The notes under the pieces: model-generated
Told to the model about the DNA's origin: nothing
Databases searched by the model: none
Seen by the model: only the letters and a program-made list of their open reading frames with translations
In this document: piece after piece, positions 10,086 through 38,580 of the stretch
Layout: the number at the start of each line of letters is the position of its first letter
How positions within the stretch are numbered: position 1 is the first letter of the stretch
Made by a program: the position numbers and the translations under genes
Source of the DNA: Macrostomum lignano
Taxonomy: Eukaryota
Length of the DNA: 38,580 nt
Direction: 5' to 3'
Assembly (NCBI GenBank): GCA_002269645.1
Contig: NIVC01004667.1
Span: 1-38,580, forward strand

Positions 10086-10571
10086 TGTCGATTAGGATGA
10101 GCACCAAGTTCATTAGTGCCTAAATATGAGTACAATACTCAGACATAGTGGTTTTATAGGCTGAACAGTGAGATGCCCCATCGCTCCATCGCTTTGGAGA
10201 CCAGGCCGCGGGGTCAATAAATTTTATTATTTATATTATATTTATTTTATTATTACATGCGATGGTGGCATGTAAAAGGCGTGAAAGCTGCGCGTTGACT
10301 GCCGCTGGTCACGCAAGATCAACTATAGATCAGTGTGCTTATTGAGTAGGCTAAGCCTTACTATGGAACATGATTTTTAGTATGATAATTTAGACAGCGA
10401 CTCAATCACTAGCTACTTCAATGATCAGAAAGTAATTTCGTATAGAAAGTCCGCTGAACTCATAAAATCATTTCTGACCAGCAAGTGCTGTTGAACATTT
10501 TGGATAATAAAAAATCTGTGTAATACGATTGTATACATATAAAAACGAAAGTAGAATTCCTATTTTTATTA

Positions 10572-11173
10572 TACTTTTTTGCGATTGAATTCGTCCAAAC
10601 TCCAAAACCTTTCGTCCACTAACGCTTTCTTAATGGGAGCTAAATTTAGATCATACCAAAGACAACTGTGTTCACGCAAAACGGTTCATCCAGTTTGTAA
10701 AACATTTCGTCTAAACCCTTCGTCCAAACAGCTGGAAGCTTCTCAATGCGCCCGGTTTGAACGTAGGTGTCGACAATCGTTTTGGCTGTCTTTCTCTTGA
10801 TCCCAAGGATATCGGCCAGTTGTTTCCAATCGCGGCCTTCTTCAACAGCCAAGGCTAATCGCCTGCGGTCTTCGTTTGACACTGGATGGTAGGGGCCTCG
10901 GTTCATCTTCGACTGTTTTGCCGGGTTCAGAATGGAAGATATGCGTTGCTGTAGCTGTAGTGGTAGCAAAAGCGAACTGTCAATTGGGTGTTAACTATGG
11001 TAGGAACAGTACACTCGGTCTCTAGTCTAGGGGACGAAATGTTTTACAAACTGGATGAACCTTTTTGCGTGAACACAGTTGTCTTTGGTATGATCTAAAT
11101 TTAGCTTCCATTAAGAAAGCATTTGTGGACGAAAGGTTTTGCAGTTTGGACGAATTCAATCGCAAAAAAAGTA
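10572..11173 (-). mobile_element. Internally deleted Tc1/mariner (IS630-Tc1-mariner) DNA transposon, ~600 bp
   Basis: ~140-bp TIRs (10572-10711 and 11033-11173), flanked by TA at 10570-10571 and 11174-11175. The interior encodes only an N-terminal HTH (EDRRRLALAVEEGRDWKQLADILGIKRKTAKTIVDTY..TGR), with no DDE domain. Confidence 0.85.
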
Positions 11174-11380
11174 TATTTAAGCTTCATCAGCCACTACCAC
11201 TAACGTCCCACGCAGAAATGACATTTCTGCTCGCCCTCAAAAAATGGTGGGAATTTATCCCATAGACCTTGTGAGGGTATAAAGAAGGAAAGGCATATAG
11301 TTTTCATCCACTTCCGCAGTTGAGCAATTGATAATAAATTTTAGCCGACTGAAGTCAGAAACCGCTGAAACAGGTAAAAA

Positions 11381-13455
11381 ATGGCAGCTGTGGCAGCAGC
11401 AGCAACAGCGGCTGCAGACAGCAGCGACGAATCTCCCAGCAACTACAGTTCAAACATTGTAAAGCAATTGCCGTACAACCGATTGCCGGATGGAACTGTG
11501 CTCACACTGGACAAGAAAAGAGCCTCATTAGGAGATGAGGACACTGCTTTGGTTGCTGCCGTGTTCGCAGTCTTGCTGGTTGTCCTCATTCTGATCTACT
11601 TTGCCCTGTTCCTCTACCAGCGGATTCGGTATCCACTGAATACACCGCAAGAGGAGCTGGAATATGGCGGCATGGAGACCAGATGTGAGTTTTTTACGCC
11701 TACTCTAACTCTGTATTCTCTAGATTTATAGATATTCATTTGTGTAATGAATTACATCGTCTATTGATAGCCTAAAGTATTTGCTACCACTTTTCTTGAA
11801 AGAGTCGACACCTCCTCTAGAACCTGTAGAACCTTCAATGACCTCAACTGGTACGAGGGAAAAATCTTTGATATAGAAATCATAGGAGAGTGGTGCGATT
11901 CATTGAAACTAATGAATACTCGCAAAACAAGCCTGCCATGCAATTGGCGCGTGATTCAAGGTCACTCGCCTCAATAGTTTGTACATGCACGGGGACCTAT
12001 CTGTGCTAAAAATAGCATCGAACTGCGTGAGTCACCGTTTACAAGTACACTCACGGGGCAGAGTACATATTCGGAGCGCGGGAAAGTGAGTGATGAGTCA
12101 TCCTGCTTTATCCTCCTGTTTTAGTCCCCCAATGTTCCGCGGGCGAAGGAGTGAGTTTAAGTCCTTGCGCAGTGTAGATCTCACCATAAGATTAAGCTGC
12201 AAAAGTAGCACCACACACTACCTCAAGTAGGAACGCAAGAATGCAAGCATATGGATCCAATAACTCTCCAGATAAACCGCCTGAGAGTGTGAACCAAGTC
12301 ATCACCAAGGATGAACTGTTGGGCAAGAGCAGTCTCATGGATGCCACGAACGAGAAAACTGAAACCGGCCAGATTTATCAGAAGGCTGAACTCGATCGGG
12401 CCGAACCTAGACGGGAGGTTCCGTCAGATGCGCCATCGGACGCTGTGAGATGGTGTTTTCTTTACGCATGGTGCAGGCAAAGGCTAACTAGCCTCTTCAC
12501 ACTCTGGGAATATGGGGCCCTGCTTAGCGAAAATAAATTCAGTCTTGACAGGTCAATCACGATCACTTCACAGCCTGGATGGAGTAAATGTTCGTAGGAG
12601 GGCTGTGGGGCACCCTGGCGCAACGCCTTCGGCGACATTCGCAGACACGAACTCATACACACGCTCACACAGGGTGAACAGCAGCTCTGACTAACCGTCA
12701 GGCATGTACACTCTCTGTGCCTTGGGGGCTGGCCCTCATGGGTTGGCACGACAACCCCCGGCCAATTTTTGTGTAGATGAATGCGAATTTTTTCCAGTCC
12801 GAAGAGACAAGCGAGAGTGTCCGAGCGAGGCCTGAATTCTCGACTAGAGAAGATGTCAATGAAGTCGAAGACGTGCCTGAGTAAGTAGAGCCCCTGAAAA
12901 TCAAAAATTGTTTTGTTAACTTTTGTTTTAAAAAGCATATCAATCCGATATTACACAGAAAAACTAAATTGTGTGCTTAACTATTCGAATTCTAACTTTC
13001 ACGAAAGATATTTTCGAATGCATTTCAAAACAAACTTTCGCCTTACGAATCCAACCACTGACCCGACAGAATCTTCAGGAAAATAAGCATGCCATCGTCT
13101 GACCGCGGGCGCGTCCGACTCAGCACCGATGCACCGCGAGCGGCATTCGACGACCCCAACGTGAGTTTGAGCACAGTTTATTCCTGTCGATTCTTAGAAA
13201 GAAAGCAACTTAAAAAAATGAAGTAGTCCTTCTACCGGAGGTCATTGTGTGGCAAAGCAAAAAAGCCACATTGAAAATGAAAATTTGCAGAGCAAAGGGT
13301 TGCACCGGCCGAGACGACAAGACGACAAGAAGCGGACTCAATACCTGACCGAGTACGCCGAAGCCTACCGGCTCAGCATCAGGCGCGAGGGCCGGGTGAC
13401 CGGGCAGCAGAAGATGGCCCCTCTGACCGATTATAACAAATATTTCTGGAAATAA
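11381..13455 (+). CDS. Uncharacterised single-pass membrane protein, ~291 aa; exons 11381-11684, 11805(or 11778)-11850, 12231-12417, 12798-12880, 13070-13160, 13291-13455
   Basis: ATG with an in-frame stop just upstream, TM segment ALVAAVFAVLLVVLILIYFALFLY, and no signal peptide. The six exons join in consistent phase (1,2,0,2,0) and total 876 nt. The last three exons have strong sites; exons 2-3 are less certain. Confidence 0.6.
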
Positions 13456-13879
13456 ATAACCGATGAAGAACATTATTTGTAACTATTTTTGTCATTTAAA
13501 TGTCTAATATTTTGTTTACTAAATGTACAGCAGATATGTAAGACCCTGTATCAACAAAATTACAGTACAATTACCGGTACTGCAATGCACGTACAAATTT
13601 AACTTTGCGGTGATGCATTGGCTTTGCGGTTGTTTCTTTTTTAAACAACAGCAGCAACAACGACACTTCAGGTTCAGTAAAGATATGGCAGCAAAGGGTG
13701 CGCCCACAGAATACACAGAATACAGTATATTCTGTGGGTGCGCCTCTGACAGAAATCGTGGTGCAAAGTCTGGGTAAACTCGTATCTGCCAGAGTGTAGT
13801 TCAGTATGAGCATATTTCAGAGCACACGTACTCCAAGCAGAATATGTATAAGCAAGCTAAGCAATTAATTGTCTGCTCC

Positions 13880-14130
13880 TCAGCTCCGGTCCTCAGCTGA
13901 TGCTGTCATCCGCCCCCCACTCCCCAGCTCCGGTCCTCAGCTGATGCTGTCATCCGCCCCCTACTCCCCAGCTCCGGTCCTCAGCTGATGCTGTCATCCG
14001 CCCCCTACTCCCCAGCTCCAGTCCTCAGCTGATGCTGTCATCCGCCCCCTACTCCCCAGCTCCGGTCCTCAGCTGATGCTGTCATCCGCCCCCTACTCCC
14101 CAGCTCCGGTCCTCAGCTGTCATCCGCCTG
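13880..14130. repeat. 44-bp minisatellite (CTCCGGTCCTCAGCTGATGCTGTCATCCGCCCCCTACTCCCCAG)n, ~6 copies
   Basis: Tandem units read directly. Confidence 0.95.
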
Positions 14131-14899
14131 CTACTTCCCAATTTCATTCCTTCAACCCTCTGCAATTATTTCTACGAGGATCGAGTCGCATAAGTCTATC
14201 TGGCAAAAGTCAGCTGAAGTCTCAGAGGACAGTGCATTGATAGAACGCCAGCTTCGCCGCAACGCATGGGCAAAGCCCCAACTGCGGGGAGATGGGATAA
14301 GAATTTTGGCCCGAAGGCGGGGAGCGGACGAATGGGGAACAAGAGCTAGTGAAGAGAGATGGGGTGGGAACAAGTGATGGAGATTTGAGAGCTGGGGATG
14401 CTGGGAAAATATTCTCCCATTGCTAGCCAACCCTAAACCTCCTTCGGGAGCCTCTTCTAAGGCTGATTTATTCATACTTTCGGCATTGAGTGGGGGATTT
14501 TCTCGCAGCACTCAGCCGCATTCTCAGATTTCCCGGCCAAACTCTTCTTCTAGCGCCACTTTCCGCTCCTCTTTTCTTTTCTCGATTCTCTCTTATCCGC
14601 CTCCCAGGCAGCGGCGACTGCGGGCTGGCCAATTAAAACTCCATTAACCCTCTGGGGCCTTCATCTCCCGGACCGCTCGGACCCGGCACCTTGGCTGCCG
14701 AGCGGCGGGCGAATCGCGAATTCCCATACGCTAAGCTGCATCCTCGCTTAGCCCCTCTCCCCCGGCCTCTCTCTCTCTTTCTCTCACTATCGCGGTCTGG
14801 TGACCGATAAAATTTCCCAACTCCCAGCTTGCATCCCGGACGTAGACCAAGGCAGCTTGAAAGTTCCCAATCTGTCTGGCATCCCCCACTGCTGTAGCC

Positions 14900-37238
<22,339 letters not shown>

Positions 37239-37544
37239 CAGTCAGATAGGATACTACAGTTTATAATTTTGCTAAATTATTTTAACTACTACACGCTACT
37301 AACAGTACTTATTCAAACAAATTCTATGCGGGAAATTTTAAACTACTAACTAATACAATAAAATAAACCGTGTTTTGAGCTTGTTAAAAAATAAGGCTTT
37401 TTATTAAAGTCCATCAAACTGTCGGTCCTATAATTAACTTTCAGCTTGGTGTACTTTAGCCGCATGTACGAGTACACAAGTGTTTCAGCTTGAGCAACTC
37501 GCCTTCAGACTAAATATGTTTTGGTTTGGTAATGAAGAGTGTGC

Positions 37545-37798
37545 AGAGGAGTGAGGTGGGTGTGTGAGTGTGGTGAGTGCAGGAGTGAGGTGGGTGTGGG
37601 AGTGAGGTGGGTGCGGGAGTGAGGTGGGTGTGGGAGTGAGGTTGGGTACGGGAGTGAGATGGGTGAAGGAGTGAGGTGGGTGTGGGAGTGAGGTGGGTGC
37701 AGGAGTGAGGTGGGTGCAGGAGTGAGGTGGGTGTGGGAGTCAGGTGGGTGTGGGAGTGAGGTGGGTGAAGGAGTGAGGTGGGTCTAGGAGTGAGGTGA
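37545..37798. repeat. 17-bp G-rich minisatellite (GGAGTGAGGTGGGTGTG)n
   Basis: Tandem units downstream of the THSD7 stop. Confidence 0.92.
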
Positions 37799-38454
37799 AT
37801 TTCGTGTGTTCTTGCTGACGAATTTGTTCATTACTGAAAAAGAATAGGACAGACTATACATGCCTTGTTTGCTTGGATAGACAAAAAATAGTTATACGAA
37901 AACATCGGGGCCTACTGACAATAGGCAATTACAAGACATTTACTTTTATTTAGGGAGTTTGCGCGGAAAAAATAACTTTTCTCTTTTCGCTGTTCGTACA
38001 AATAACAAGCTAGCTATTGAATTTTTTTACGTTATAAAATCAGTACGTCATAAATTGCAGATGCCACAGAGCGATCATAAATCACTTTGATTTTTCACGC
38101 AATTATCTGGGTGTTAAAATTCTAAAATTTTTGGCTGAAGCAACAGTTCACCAGACGACACCAGACAAGACAAAGTGAGTTGAAACAAATACGAACTTGA
38201 AACTAATTCTATGAAATTAACTTAGTCAAACATATCTGAAAATTTCCTTGTTGCCCTAATCAGAAAAACATTACAATAATTCAATGCAAAATACAAAATC
38301 TAAACAGATCACGTTAGTGCACAAAACATAATTTTAAAATATATTTGACTTGGATAGCTCTGAGTTTGTGCAGTAACCGCGAATTATTTTTATTGTTCTG
38401 CATGTCTTGCTTTTAGTTTACTGCGTTCAACTGCGACACGGTAAGGTTTCGGGG

Positions 38455-38580
38455 AGTAGGGACATATGGGGATGAGTGGAGACAGGTAGGGACAGGTGGG
38501 GACAGGTAGGGACAGATGGGGACAGCTGGGGACAGCTGGGGATGAGTGGGGACAGGTAGGGACAGGTGGGGACAGTGGGG
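38455..38580. repeat. 10-bp G-rich repeat (GGGGACAGGT)n, running off the window end
   Basis: Tandem units read directly. Confidence 0.9.

Noticed and set aside
13700-13743. Short hairpin (cccacagaata...tattctgtggg)
   Set aside because: Only an ~11-bp stem, with no TSD or other element hallmarks.

Overview
Eukaryotic (animal) genomic DNA with GC-rich exons and GT-AG introns filled with many different minisatellites. The style suggests a free-living flatworm such as Macrostomum, but this is inference only. Exon chains were assembled by hand from splice sites and phase. On the + strand: (1) a 4-exon Shaw/Kv3-like voltage-gated K+ channel (90-5640) with several non-canonical gating residues; (2) a 2-exon secreted prepropeptide with signal peptide, KR cleavage site and a 10-Cys mature domain (7412-8733); (3) a 6-exon orphan single-pass membrane protein (11381-13455); (4) a complete 17-exon THSD7-like type I membrane protein of about 1720 aa (14900-37238). 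A possible membrane-protein gene lies on the - strand (9045-10085). Mobile DNA comprises a LINE 3' fragment, a Tc1/mariner deletion derivative, a CORE-like tRNA SINE, a hAT-type MITE with an 8-bp TSD inside a minisatellite, and a second MITE. One clear and two possible frameshifts fall in homopolymer runs and are probably assembly errors. Most long ORFs in the supplied track are minisatellite or antisense artefacts. The best novelty candidate is the Cys-rich peptide next to the atypical Kv channel; any functional link between them is speculative.
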